A stretch of DNA of 64,000 bases, from NCBI GenBank assembly GCA_951406725.2, contig OX597833.1, forward strand, positions 55,738,001 to 55,802,000, written 5' to 3'. Under the pieces are notes generated by a model. That model saw only the letters and a list, made by a program, of their open reading frames with translations. It was not told the origin of the DNA and ran no database searches. This document shows positions 1-12,785 of the stretch, one piece after another. Position numbers and translations under genes: made by a program. Every line of letters begins with the position of its first letter. Within the stretch, counting starts at the first letter, position 1. Source of the stretch: Octopus vulgaris (taxonomy: Eukaryota).

Positions 1-274
1 AAATTTTTGCTTTTAACTTTTTTATTTTCGTAGCAAAATTTTATGTAGATCTAAGATACAATTCATTGGTATTCCATTATAGTTGAGTTGAGCATTGGAA
101 CAATTTTTTTCCATATTTTTGAAATCTAATTTGTTCATCCTCCATCCATGGGCGATGAAAATATACATCAACCAGTGAAAGCCAGTTCTATAAATATAAC
201 AAGCTTCTGAGAATATTTAACCTACGGTCATTCAGTGTATATCAACCCCTGCTTGAATCATCTAAATTACTCAC

Positions 275-342
275 CTGGTTTATTTCGCTGCACATTGTGC
301 AAATTATACTGCTCAAAATTCTTCGTAGCTCTTTCTTAACTT
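275..342 (-). CDS. Weak candidate internal exon (68 nt), (E)VKKELRRILSSIICTMCSEINQ
   Basis: Minus strand reads tttttag|AAGTT...AACCAG|gtgagt. Only one of three frames is open. No homology checked; may be chance. Confidence 0.25.
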
Positions 343-2064
343 CTAAAAATATGTGTCCACCAATCAAAACAGGCTTCACAGCATTAAAACCAGAACAATT
401 CCGTAGGTGTTACCTTTCCCGTAAATGAAAATCAAATATTTTCCGATCCTAACTCTAACAATAAACGTTAAAATTACGCAATTGAGTCGCATAAGTAAAA
501 TGAATTCCATTTATGCAATAGAAGAAGCTCATACATAACGTACGCATGTTTAAACACTAGAAGCTGTGGTTTGTCTGCCCAGGAAAAAAATCTCTTTAGA
601 GAGGTATACTATAAACAAACAAAAACTAAAACTCAATATACTTAAGAGCTAGGCAGAACGAAATCGCTCCAGAAGTAAAGACGAGACCGGCAGATACAAC
701 ATTTCAACGTAATTGCGGCTTATCAATGCCGCACACTCGTCTCACGTCCGACACGAAATCAGAATCGATATTATGAAATGTATGCTGGTAGTGTATGATC
801 TATTTGCTGATATGCAATTGTGTCACGTAAGTAGAATAAATTCAGATTATGCAATGGAAGCAGCTTTATAACGTAGGTTTATATTAAAATTTTCTACGAA
901 ATTAATTATTAATTTCTTAAAATCAACCTCCTTCCTTTTCTTTCACAGCCGCTAACAATTATCGTTAGATTGTTATTTTTCTTTCTCCAGTTAAGAGAAA
1001 AATTTCAATTTATGAATTTTTTTTTTTAGATACATCATTTACTACACCACCTGAGTAATAAATCAATGTTTGTTTTAACAAGTCGCTTGTGGAACACAAG
1101 AAACACTTAAGATATGTTTAATGGTCTGGAAATAAAAGATTCTGGTGCTGCAACGTTTATATCTACAAATCTACCTCTGCTGCGGCCTCGCTTCTTTTGT
1201 GGTCCATTTACCACAGATCAGTTACAACAGCAGAATCCTGATGGTGGTCATATTAGCTTCTCACTTACTCGCTGCCAAAAAACTGGCTAATCTTGTAATT
1301 TGATGGATTCTTCATTTGGCCGTTCCTGTAAGCGTTTTATTTAACCATGCTGGAATTTTGTCTGTGTATGCTATTGAGGGGTGTCAGGAATTCAGCCAAT
1401 TTCTCATTAACTATTGTATGGTAAGGTTTAGCCAGAATTTTAGAATTTCATTTAGTTCCGGGAAATTTCTACTAGAATTCCTTTGTTTCTATGTCATTTC
1501 TCTCTCGTTTTGGAGAATTTTTACCATATTTCCCCTTTTAACATGGCTGATACAGTACTGCAGTTAGTTCTTGGCGTAAAAAAAAATCAAGGATCCGGTT
1601 TCAATTCGCAGCTAATGCGCTTTGAAATTCCATGACAATCTATTATTATTGTTTAATCCCTGGTCAGACTTGATTCAACAGAAGTATGATCAAAGACGTT
1701 CCATATATGACCATCAATTTCTTTTGTCAGCCTTAGTGTATCAGGGACTGCATTATTCAGTGAGTCCTTGAATTTTTAAGTGGGTAGAGTTTGAACTGAG
1801 GAATATTTGGCTACTATTTCTAGAAGATCGAGTGAAACCGCACATGATCTCAAAGTATTTCTAGCACCTCTCCATATTAAAATTGGTTTAATGGGTTTTT
1901 AAAAAAAATCCAGTTTGATATGTTGAGGCACTGAGGTACTTACTGACTATGGAAGAGCGAGGTCAGTCTTTGAGAGCAGCTTTGTTATACGGAAGTAAAA
2001 TGTTCCTCAGTAGAAATTCTCAGTGATATTGAGGTCTAGGACTAAAAGCAATTCAAATAACAAC

Positions 2065-2098
<34 letters not shown>

Positions 2099-2100
2099 AC

Positions 2101-2866
2101 TCTCATGGCTCTCATGGCTTCTCATGTTGAAAGTGAAGTGTTATTATTTAAATTGTTTTGTCTTGGTATAAAAGATGGGCTGCGGCGAGCTGGCAGAATC
2201 GTTAGCACGCCGGGCGAAATGCTTAGCAGTATTTCGTCTGCCGCTACGTTCTGAGTTCAAATTCCGCCGAGGTCGACTTTACCTTTCATCCTTTCGGGGT
2301 CGATAAATAAAGTACCAGTTACGCACTGGGGTCGATGTAATCAACTTAATTCGTTTGTCTGTCCTTGTTTGTCCCCTCTATGTTTAGCCCCTTGTGGGCA
2401 ATAAAGAAATATATAAAAGATGGGCTACAGCAAATATTCTTCTCAATACCACAGATTTGCTTGTCAGGTGTTTCACCTTAACCAGTTGCGGTCAAACAGT
2501 GCATCTCTGATCACGAGGAGAAGTCGTGGGAGAGCATCATAGCGATGTGCTGAAAGGAAATTTTTAGGGCTTGAATAATTCAACTCTGGAAACATAGGTG
2601 TTTTGTTCATCATCCTTAAAACAAAACCTTACTGATGGACCTATTGAGCGGGAAGGGTTGCTCGACTTGAGGCAAATTCTAACCGGGCCTTACCTGCAAG
2701 GTCATGTGCTCTTTATCTTGAAATGAGATCACCTCGTCATGTACATATGGTTGTGATTCATGTCTCTGGTGTATCCTCACCAGATGAGTAGTCATGATGG
2801 GTATACTGGGCTTCGTATATTTGTACTCCAGTATCACTTTGATGGCATTCACTGCTCTCTCACTCA
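2101..2866 (+). mobile_element. Family C (TAA)n-tailed non-autonomous retroposon, 5'-truncated, interrupted by a SINE A
   Basis: Homologous to copies at 16786, 30404 and 44041. Ends ...ctctctcactc(aat)n and is preceded by (aac)n. Confidence 0.8.
2182..2411 (+). mobile_element. SINE family A monomer (tRNA-derived)
   Basis: Head gcggcgagctggcagaatcgttagc, B-box gagttcaaattcc, 15-bp TSD tataaaagatgggct (2167-2181 and 2412-2426). Confidence 0.9.
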
Positions 2867-2887
2867 ATAATAATAATGATGATGATG

Positions 2888-2948
<61 letters not shown>

Positions 2949-3014
2949 TAATAATAATTTTGCCACAAGGGTGGCCATTTTGGGAAGGGAACGAGTCGAT
3001 TACATTGATCTCAT

Positions 3015-3488
3015 TGTTTCGGGTTGATAAATTAAGTACCAGTTACGCACTGAGGTCAATGTAATCGACTTAATCCGTTTGTCTGTCCTTGTTTGTCTCC
3101 TCTGTGTTTTGCCCCTTGTGGGTAGTAAAGAAATAGGTATTTCGTCTGTCTTTACGTTCTGAGTTCAAATTCCGCTGAGGTCGGCTTTTCCTTTCATCAT
3201 TTCGGGGTCGATAAATTAAGTACCAGTTACGCACTGAGGTCGATGTAATCGACTTAATCCCTTTGTCTGTCCTTGTTTGTCTCCTCTGTGTTTAGCCCCT
3301 TGTGGGTAGTAAAGAAATAGGTATTTCGTCTGCTGCTACGTTCTGAGTTCAAATTCCGCCGATGTCGACTTTTCCTTTCATCCTTTCGGGGTCGATAAAT
3401 TAAGTACCAGTTGCATATAGGGGTCGATCTAATCGACTGGCCCTCTTTCCGCAAATTTCGGGCCTTTTACCGAGAAAAGAAAAGAATA
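3015..3488 (+). mobile_element. SINE A tandem multimer (184-bp units; last unit has the alternative tail)
   Basis: Junctions gaaata|ggtatttc at 3135/3136 and 3319/3320. Confidence 0.85.
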
Positions 3489-3566
3489 ATAATCTACGTT
3501 CTCACTTTCACCAATTCTCCTTTCTTATTCTTTTCTTCGTTATTCGTACATATACATTCGTACATA

Positions 3567-3992
3567 GGCGCAGGAGTGGCTGTGTGGTAAGTAGCTTGCT
3601 AACCAACCACATGGTTCCGGGTTCAGTCCCACTGCGTGGCATCTTGGGCAAGTGTTTTCTGCTATAGCTCCGGGCCGACCAATGCCTTGTGAGTGGATTT
3701 GGTAGACGGAAACTGAAAGACGCCCGTCGTATATATGTATATATATAAATATATGTATGTGTGTGCATGTATGTTTGTGTGTCTGTGTTTGTCTCCCTAA
3801 CATTGCTTGACAACCGATGCCGGTGTGTTTACGTCCCCGTCACTTAGCGGTTCGGCAAAAGAAGACCGATAGAATAAGTACTGGGCTTACAAAGAATAAG
3901 TCCCGGGGTCGATTTGCTCGACTAAAGGCGGTGCTCCAGCATGGCCGCAGTCAAATGACTGAAACAAGTAAAAGAGTAAAAGAGTAAAGAGT
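3567..3992 (+). mobile_element. SINE family B, full length (tRNA head, CORE-like domain, internal TA/TG microsatellite, (gtaaaaga)n tail)
   Basis: Starts ggcgcaggagtggctgtgtggtaag, B-box ggttcagtccc, CORE-like cttgggcaagt. More than 15 copies or fragments in the window. Confidence 0.9.
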
Positions 3993-4033
3993 ATACAAAA
4001 TATGTCTATATAATATCTATCTATGTATCTATC

Positions 4034-4104
<71 letters not shown>

Positions 4105-4163
4105 ACACACGTACACACATATATATACATACATATATAATATATATACATATATAATATATA

Positions 4164-4481
4164 TATCTGTAAATAAAATATGTAACAAATATTCGGTAGC
4201 CATGATAAAACTCCGAGTTTCGGATGTCGGGACGGAAACCCATATTGCCATCTCTTCAGTTATCCGCTCATCGAAAAAATGCTATAACAAAAAAAAAAAT
4301 TTTTCATAGCATTTTTTCGATGGCCGGATAACTGAAGAGATGGCGGCGTGGGTTCCGCCCCGACATCCGAAACTCGGAGTTTTATCATGGCTACCGAATA
4401 TTTGTCACATATATTTACAGATAAATTCCTGTATTTACATAATATCGAGGTCTCATTCTTTTGTTGTCTTACCATTTCTAT

Positions 4482-4484
<3 letters not shown>
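4164..4484. mobile_element. Penelope-like pLTR foldback (inverted arms 4164-4285 and 4306-4423) inside (TA)n
   Basis: ~120-bp inverted repeat with a hammerhead motif in each arm. The right arm extends a further ~60 bp. Confidence 0.7.
4327..4386 (+). ncRNA. Type I hammerhead ribozyme motif (mirror copy 4204-4264, minus)
   Basis: gataa-CUGAAGA-gaug...cauc(c)-GAAA-cuc-g-gagU-U-uuauc. Stems I, II and III all pair. Confidence 0.7.
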
Positions 4485-4543
<59 letters not shown>

Positions 4544-4804
4544 GTACGTATGTATGTATGTGTACATGTTTGTATATTAAACACACATAATTGTATACGT
4601 GTGTATATATATATATATCTATGTACATATCATTTCACTCCGCCACCACCTCCACTTTCTCTCTCTCTCTCCCTCTTTCTCGCCTTCTCTCTCGCCCTTT
4701 GTAGTGGGGTGCCTCTCGTCTCCTTTTGAAGAGCTGACTATCTTCGAAAGGTGTTCAGTTCCGCATAGGCAACAATCTTTCACGCACACACACACGCCCA
4801 CATG

Positions 4805-4843
<39 letters not shown>

Positions 4844-5468
4844 ACGCACGCACACGCACACACACAACATACATGCACGTTCCCATACATTGAGATTTAG
4901 AAGTATAAACTCATCCTTGCACCAAACATGCAATGCACACATCGTACATACGCATACACACATACGTACACGCACTTGCATACTGATGTTATATACATGC
5001 ACACACACACACACACACAGACATATACACACACACACACACACAATTATACTACCTGTGTGCTTCGCATTCTTGTTATAGTTTCTTAAGACGTGAGAAA
5101 TAGAATCGAAAATGCAGGAGGGAGAAAGTATGTACACGTGTGTGCATTTGTGTGTGTGTTTAAGAGAAAGAGAGAGAGAGAGAGAGAGACAAAGAGCGAG
5201 AGAGGAGATGTAGAAAGGGAGGGAGAAAAGGCGCCAAGAGAGAGACGGGGGGGCGGTCAGAGAAAGGAAGAGAGCTGATGCTGAAGGAGAGATGTGGAGC
5301 GAGGAGAAGAGGAAGGAAAATAAAAATGATTATGAAACTATAATGTTCGACAATCCACGCATCCTGAACAATAGAAATATTACATAACCACATAATTATT
5401 TCTTCGTATAAGATCAAATCATTGATAAAAATCTTCCGCTACTGATCTCTCTCTCTCTCTCTCTCTCT

Positions 5469-5511
<43 letters not shown>

Positions 5512-5547
5512 GTGTGTGTGTGTAGATAGCTAACTAGCTAGATAGAT

Positions 5548-5615
<68 letters not shown>

Positions 5616-5636
5616 ATGTGTGTGTGTAAATATATG

Positions 5637-5685
<49 letters not shown>

Positions 5686-5719
5686 GTATATATGTATATA
5701 TGTGTGTATGTATGTATAT

Positions 5720-5756
<37 letters not shown>

Positions 5757-5789
5757 TTCTAACTGTTGCCCCACCTCTGCGTCTGTGTT

Positions 5790-5901
<112 letters not shown>

Positions 5902-6328
5902 TGTGTGTGTACATTTATATATATATAAATATGTATATGTATATATATACATATATATGTGAATATATATATATATACACATACATACATATATACATGC
6001 ATACGTAGATACACACGCACACACACGCGCGTTTATATATATATATAAATCTCTCTCTCTCTCTCTCTCTCTGACTGTCTGTTCCCTCCTCTTTCTCTTG
6101 GCTCAGATGTTCTCTATAGAAAGACTTCAAATGAAAGACAGATGGAGAGGAAAATAAAATGAGAGAGTGGGGGGGAGGTAAGACGTGCGCGAGTGAGAGT
6201 GGGAGTGAAAGCGAAGGTGAGGAAGAGAGAGAATGTGTGTATATGTGTGTGAGTGTGAAGTCTTTGTATAGTGTACATATATATGGGTATATATGTGTGA
6301 GAGCAAATTTGTATGTGTATATGCATGT

Positions 6329-6361
<33 letters not shown>

Positions 6362-6414
6362 TGTGTGTGTGTCTGTGTGTGTGTGTGTGTGTGTCTCTGT
6401 GTGTGTGTGTGTGT

Positions 6415-6445
<31 letters not shown>

Positions 6446-6525
6446 CGTCTGTGTCAGCAAAAGAGAAAGAATGGCGGATAGGTGGACAGATAGATAGATA
6501 GATAAAGTGAGAGAGAGAGAAAACA

Positions 6526-6575
<50 letters not shown>

Positions 6576-6908
6576 TATGTGTGTGTGTGTCTGAGAGAGA
6601 GATGGAGAGAGAGAGAGAGAGAGAAAATATGTGTGTGTGTGTGAGAGAGAGAGAATAACAGAATAAGAGTTTAATGACTTCCCGAAAACTGGAAAAAGGA
6701 AATCATAGAAAATGCTTCAAATGTAAAAAAATAGAATAGAGGAAGAGAAAAAGGAGGAGGAAGAGGAGGAGGAGGAGGAGGAGGAGGAGGAGGAGAATGA
6801 CACCAACGGTGATGACGGTGACGACGGTGACGATGGTGATGATAATGATGATGATTATCGTCATCATGAACATGAAGACAACGACGATGATAATAATGAT
6901 AATGATGT

Positions 6909-6941
<33 letters not shown>

Positions 6942-7178
6942 CGGTGACGACGATTTTAATGATGATGATGATTAAGGAGCAAGGTAAATGGAGAGTGAAT
7001 GCTACTCATCATCATAATCATCATCATCATCATCGTCATCATCATTTATGTTTATTCTTCTTTAGCCGTCTTTTTCTTTTTTTCTTACTTCTTTCTCTTT
7101 TTCTTTACCCCACCCACCCCACCCACTTTTCTTCGTTTTCTTCCTTTTCCAACCACAAGGCCTCTAGCCCTCACCTTA

Positions 7179-7209
<31 letters not shown>

Positions 7210-7300
7210 CCTCTCTCTCTCTCCCTCTCTCTCTCTCTCTACTGTTGATGATAAAATATTCTGGATTACGGTTTCACTTTCAAACTATAATCGCAAATAG

Positions 7301-7400
<100 letters not shown>

Positions 7401-7402
7401 CA

Positions 7403-7456
<54 letters not shown>

Positions 7457-7503
7457 TCCTTCTTCTTCTTCTTCTTCTTCTTCTTCTTCATCTTCTTCTT
7501 CTT

Positions 7504-7537
<34 letters not shown>

Positions 7538-8099
7538 ATTACTATTATTTATTTCCTCCTCATCCTTCACCCTAGTGGCAAATAAAAGAAATTTATCATC
7601 ATCATCATCTTTATTATTATTATTTTGTTTGTTTCGTTGCACTTAACGTCGTTCCCTTTTCCCCGATTCCCCAGGTCCATCACGAAATCGCAAGAAACAC
7701 CGTTTTTAGAATTAAGATAAAAAAACAAAAAAATATATATGTAATAAAAAGGTGATTACTTTTTACTTCCTCTTTCTATATATATATATATATATTTCTT
7801 TATAAATAATTCTTTATCTGTTTTTGTTTTTATCTTCCTTTGTTTTATATATATATATATATATATTCTAGTTAGAAAGAAAGAATTTAATATTACGAGG
7901 GTCGCTTAGAAAAGCGAGGAAAACTTATACAGCACGCCATCTTAGTCTACTTTCATTACAAGAGAGCAGTTTCTAGAAATTTTATTCTTTCCTAACCTCG
8001 ACATCTTAGGCCGCTAAACTTTACTTTAGTTCCAGTTAGCTTGGCTATTTACCAAAGAATCTTTCACACTTTTTGTCATATTTCCCCCTCGCTTTCCCT

Positions 8100-8103
8100 A
8101 CCG

Positions 8104-8134
<31 letters not shown>

Positions 8135-8444
8135 TTTCCCTGTCTCTCTTTCTGTATCTGCCTTCTCTCTCTCTCATACACTTTCCCTGTCTCTCTTTCT
8201 GTATCTGCCTTCTCTCTCTCTCATACACTTTCCCTGTCTCTCTTTCTGTATCTCTCTTCTCTCTCTCTCATACACTTTCCCTGTCTCTCTTTCTGTATCT
8301 CTCTTCTCTCTCTCTCATACACTTTCCCTGTCTCTCTTTCTGTATCTCTCTTCTCTCTCTCTCATACACTTTCCCTGTCTCTCTTTCTGTATCTGCCTTC
8401 TCTCTCTCTCTCATACACTTTCCTTGTCTCTCTTTCTGTATCTG

Positions 8445-8479
<35 letters not shown>

Positions 8480-9345
8480 GTTCTTATTATCTCTTTCCCT
8501 CTTCCTGTTTCTCTTTCTCCCTCCCTATCTCCCTCATTTTCTTTGCTTCCCTCACCTTTTCTCTTTACATTTCTCTGCCTTTTTCTTGCCCTGTCTTTCC
8601 TTTTCTCTCGTCTTTCCTCCAATTTCTTCATATCTTTCTATCGACCAATATCTCTTTTTTCTTTATCTCCCCTTCACTCTCTCTCTCTCTATTTCTCTAT
8701 TTCTTGCTCTCTCTCTCTCTCTCCCTCTCTCTCCCTCTCTCTCCCTCTCTCTCCCTCTCTCTCTCTTTCCCTATCATCCAGTCTCTTTATCGCCCTCACT
8801 CTTTATCGTCTGCTTACTTTTTCTCTCTCTCTCGCTTTACTCTACCTTCCCCTCTCTCTTTCTTACTCTCTCTCTCTCTCTCTCTTTTTATCGCCGTCAC
8901 TCTTTATCGTCTGCTTACTTTTTCTCTCTCTCTCTTTACTCCACCTTCCTCCCTCTCTCACTCTTTCTTTCTTTCTCTCTCTCACACGTACACAACCTTC
9001 CTTTCCTTCTTCTCCATTCCCTTTCTATCTCTTTCTTTCTTTGTCTCTCTCTCTCATTTTCTACCTCTTTTTCTCTCTCTCCCTTTCCCTATCATCCAGT
9101 CTCTTTATCGCCGTCACTCTTTATCGTCTGCTTACTTTCCCTCTCTCTCTCTCTCTTTACTCCACCTCCCTCTCTCACTCTTTCTTTCTTTCTCTCTCTC
9201 TCTCTCTCTCTCTCTCACGCACACAACCTTCCTTTCCTTCTTCTCTATTCCCTTTCTATCTCTTTCTTTCCTTGTCTCTCTCTCTAATTTTCTACCTCTT
9301 TTTCTCTCTCTCTCTCTCACTCCCTCTATTACTACATCTCTCCCC
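8100..9345. repeat. CT-rich tract with a ~45-bp minisatellite (8125-8450, ~7 units) and larger internal duplications
   Basis: Unit ctctcatacactttccctgtctctctttctgtatct(gcct/ctct)tct. Blocks near 8765 and 9085 repeat each other. Confidence 0.9.
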
Positions 9346-9806
9346 ACCACTCTTCCTCATACCTGCTCTCCTACGGTAAGTGAAACGCTAGGTTCTCTAA
9401 TCCGATCAACGTTGACCTCAGCAACGGTGGCGGCTGAATTAAGGAATTCAAAGAATATAAATTGATGATGGAATGATGTTTTTACAGAAGAATTGGAAAG
9501 CTAGAAAAGGAGGGGGAAGGACGAGGGCACGATGAGGTGGGGCCCTCAATGTGGTAATTAAGATAAGGGCAGGGTATTTAGGATAAAGGAAGGAAATAGT
9601 TAGAGAAACGATACGAAAGTAAAATATTAAAAAAGGTAATGGGATAGTGTGTGTGTGTGTGTCTGTGTGTGTGTGTGTGTGTGAGTGTGTGTGTGTGAGT
9701 GCGTGTATGTGTGTGTGAGAGAGAGAGAGATAATGAATAGGAAGGGTGGAAACTTTAGGGTAGAAGAAAAGGAGGGTAGAAATGAAGAAAGAAAGAACGA
9801 AAGAAA

Positions 9807-9809
<3 letters not shown>

Positions 9810-9838
<29 letters not shown>

Positions 9839-9872
9839 GTAGATAGACAGACAGACAGATAGATAGATAGAT

Positions 9873-9930
<58 letters not shown>

Positions 9931-9935
9931 AAGAA

Positions 9936-10030
<95 letters not shown>
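9810..10030. repeat. (GATA)n microsatellite (one of many)
   Basis: Direct reading. Other long tracts near 14526, 21287, 40125, 42290 and 51727. Confidence 0.95.
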
Positions 10031-10032
10031 TG

Positions 10033-10103
10033 TTTCTTTATTAGCCACACAGGGCTGCACACAGATAGAACAAATTACAAGGTAGAGCTTTTCTTTTGGG
10101 GGT
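10033..10103 (-). mobile_element. Short 3' end of the L1/Tx1-like LINE, with (GATA)n on both sides
   Basis: Similar to 39709-39780 (tttctttattagccacacagggctg...gtagagcttttctttt). Confidence 0.7.
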
Positions 10104-10150
10104 AAAAAAAAAATAGATAGATAGATAGATAGAAAGAAAGAAAGAAAAAT

Positions 10151-10181
<31 letters not shown>

Positions 10182-10185
10182 AGGA

Positions 10186-10217
<32 letters not shown>

Positions 10218-10294
10218 AAAAAAGAAAGAACGGAAAACAAACGGAAAACGAACGGAAAAAGTTATTAAAACCTGAATATTTCCACCGAAAATTA

Positions 10295-10365
10295 ACGTCG
10301 GTGGTGTAACGATTGGCATGGTTAGCTTTCCAGCAATCTATTTGGGTTCAACTCCCTTCCATGCA
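10295..10365 (+). pseudogene. Decayed tRNA-Gly(TCC)
   Basis: acgtcggtggtgtaacgattggcatggttagctttccagcaatctatttgggttcaactcccttccatgca aligns by eye to the invertebrate tRNA-Gly-TCC sequence as I recall it. Stems are broken; T-runs follow downstream. Confidence 0.65.
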
Positions 10366-10564
10366 GTCGTTGCGAAGAGAGGAATTTTTCTCTTTTTCTT
10401 GTTCCTTAATGGTGACGATTCCTCCACATGGCCACTACTCTTGAGCCGTGTAAACGATCGAATCAGAAAAGATGACACATCTGCCAGGCAGTGGGGAAAA
10501 TCTGCACCCTGGTTGCTCACATTTGTCACAAATACTAACCAAACATCTCTCAAATTATACCATA

Positions 10565-10986
10565 GGCGCAGGAGTGGCTGTGTGGTAAGTAGCTTGCTTA
10601 CCAACCACATGGTTCCGGGTTCAGTCCCACTGAGTTGCACCTTGGACAGGTGTCTTCTGCTATAGCCTCGGGCCGACCAATGCCTTGTGAGTAGATCTGG
10701 TAGACGGAAACTGAAAGAAGCCCGTCGTATATATGTATATATATATATATATATGTGTGTGCGTGTATGTTTGTGTGTCTGTGTTTGTCCCTCTAGCATT
10801 GCTTGACAACCGATGCTGGTGTGCTTATGTCCCCGTCACTTAGCGGTTCGGCAAAAGAGACCGATAGAATAAGTACTGGGCTTACAAAAGAATAAGTCCC
10901 GGGGTCGAGTTGCTCGACTAAAGGCGGTGCTCCAGCATGGCCGCAGTCAAATGACTCAAACAAGTAAAAGAGTAAAGAGTAAAGAG
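10565..10986 (+). mobile_element. SINE B, full length
   Basis: Near-identical to 3567-3992. Confidence 0.9.
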
Positions 10987-11230
10987 ATATCTATATTAAA
11001 TCACGAAAGAAGCATTGAACAATGTAGTCCTACATAATAGGGTTAAAAAAAAAGGTGGGTGTCAAAGGGAGCCATAGAGTCATGGGTGTGGAGCCATAGA
11101 CTGATAAAGCTGGCTTCCCGGATTCTGTAATGTATATTGTGCAACACCTTTGGTAAGTGTCATCTACGATAGCCTCCAGCCAACCAACGCCTTGTGAGTG
11201 AATTCAGCAGACAGAAATTGTATGGAAGAA

Positions 11231-11644
11231 GGCGGTGAGCTGGCAGAAACGTTAGCACGCCGGGCGAAATGCCTAGCGGTATTTCGTCTGCCGTTACGTT
11301 CTGAGTTCAAATTCCGCCGAGGTCGACTTTGCCTTTCATCCTTTCGGGGTCGATAAATTAAGTACCAGTTACGCACTGGGGTCGATGTAATCGACTTAAT
11401 CCCTTTGTCCGTCCTTGTTTGTCCTCTCTGTGTTTAGCCCCTTGTGGGTAGTAAAGAAATAGGTATTTCGTCTGCGGTTACGTTCTGAGTTCAGATTCTG
11501 CCGAGGTCAACTTTACCTGTCATCCTTTCGGGATCGATAAATTAAGTACCTGTTACGCACTGCGGTCGATGTAATCGACTTAATCCCTTTGTTTGTCTTT
11601 GTTTGTCCCTTCTATGTTTAGCCCCTTGTGGGCAGTAAAGAAAT
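11231..11644 (+). mobile_element. SINE A dimer inserted into a decayed SINE B
   Basis: Junction at 11461/11462. Flanking duplication agaaattgtat(g/a)gaag. Confidence 0.85.
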
Positions 11645-11664
11645 AAGAAATTGTATAGAAGCCC

Positions 11665-11940
11665 CTCCAGTACTAGGAACATGTAATTAGAATGTCGCAG
11701 GGAGGAATTGCAAGGCAGGTTATTCAAGCCGAACGAAACGGCAGGAGATCTAGGGGCACTTTCAGAACGATATGATTGGATAATATCCATAGTCTCTATT
11801 GGTCACGACTAGGAAACCAGCCGGAAATGTGATGACGGTTGATTGTGGTAGGACTCTATGGAGGAGGTGCCTGAAGGCTCAACCCCTCATGAACTTTCCA
11901 GGAAGAGCTGGCAGAGAAGACGGATGGATAGCTAGATGGA
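11665..11940 (+). mobile_element. RTE-clade LINE 3' fragment (decayed)
   Basis: Translates, with lesions, to HVIRMSQGGIARQVIQAERNGRRSRGTFRTI*LDNIHSLYWSRLG. This matches the RTE C-terminal motif GHVxRM...GRRPRGRPRxRWxD. Confidence 0.75.
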
Positions 11941-11951
11941 AATATATATAC

Positions 11952-12307
11952 ATTATTTATATATTATTTATATTTGACAGATATTTGTCCTCATCTTGTT
12001 TGCTGTTAACACAACGTTTCGGCTGATATACCCTCCAGCATTCATCAGGTGTCTTGGGGAAATTTCGAACCTGGGTTTTCATTCCTAAGGTATTTTTCGA
12101 TGTTGTTATTATTATTATTATTATTATTATCATCATCATTATTCAGGTCAATGCCTGGAATCGAATTGGGAATCTTGGGGTTAGTAGCCCGCGCTCTTAA
12201 CCACTACGCCTTTTTGCCCGGGCATATGGCGTAGTGGTTCAGAGCGCGGGCTACTAACCCCAAGATTCCCAATTCGATTCCAGGCATTGACCTGAATAAT
12301 GATGATG

Positions 12308-12388
<81 letters not shown>

Positions 12389-12402
12389 TAAAAAATAAAA
12401 AA

Positions 12403-12440
<38 letters not shown>

Positions 12441-12640
12441 TAATAATAATAATAATAATAACAACACCGAAAAATACCTTAGGAATGAAAACCCAGGTTC
12501 GAAATTTCCCCAAAACACCTGATGAAGGCTGGAGGGTATATCAACCGAAACGTTGTGTTAACAACAAACAAGATGAGGACAAAATACCCGTCAAATGTAA
12601 ATAATGTAAATAATTCCCCATCTTTTAAGTGTGGAATTGA
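11952..12640. mobile_element. Head-to-head palindromic element; each arm is tRNA-like head + (TAA)n + hammerhead-bearing Penelope-like tail
   Basis: Arms 11952-12219 and 12220-12614 meet at gccc|gggc with no spacer. (TA)n lies on both flanks. Confidence 0.8.
12514..12559 (+). ncRNA. Minimal type I hammerhead ribozyme motif (mirror copy 12008-12053, minus)
   Basis: aacac-CUGAUGA-a-ggcug...ca(g/a)cc-GAAA-cGUU-guguu, with palindromic AACGUU as stem III. Confidence 0.75.
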
Positions 12641-12654
12641 AATATATATGTATA

Positions 12655-12746
<92 letters not shown>

Positions 12747-12751
12747 TATAC

Positions 12752-12785
<34 letters not shown>

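Noticed and set aside
1269-1325. 57-nt minus-strand exon candidate
   Set aside because: Its phase does not match the 275-342 candidate, and such splice pairs arise by chance in 64 kb.
3508-3813. Recurring ORF ...RASFSFRLPNPLTRHWSARGYSRRHLPK...
   Set aside because: It is the antisense translation of SINE B, repeated in many copies, and not a gene family.
8041-9465. 474-aa and 404-aa Ser/Leu/Phe-rich ORFs
   Set aside because: They are translations of a CT-rich tract that lacks stop codons by composition.
12220-12292. Functional tRNA-Ser(ACT) gene
   Set aside because: There is no proper acceptor stem and it is embedded in a repeat; treated as a SINE head.
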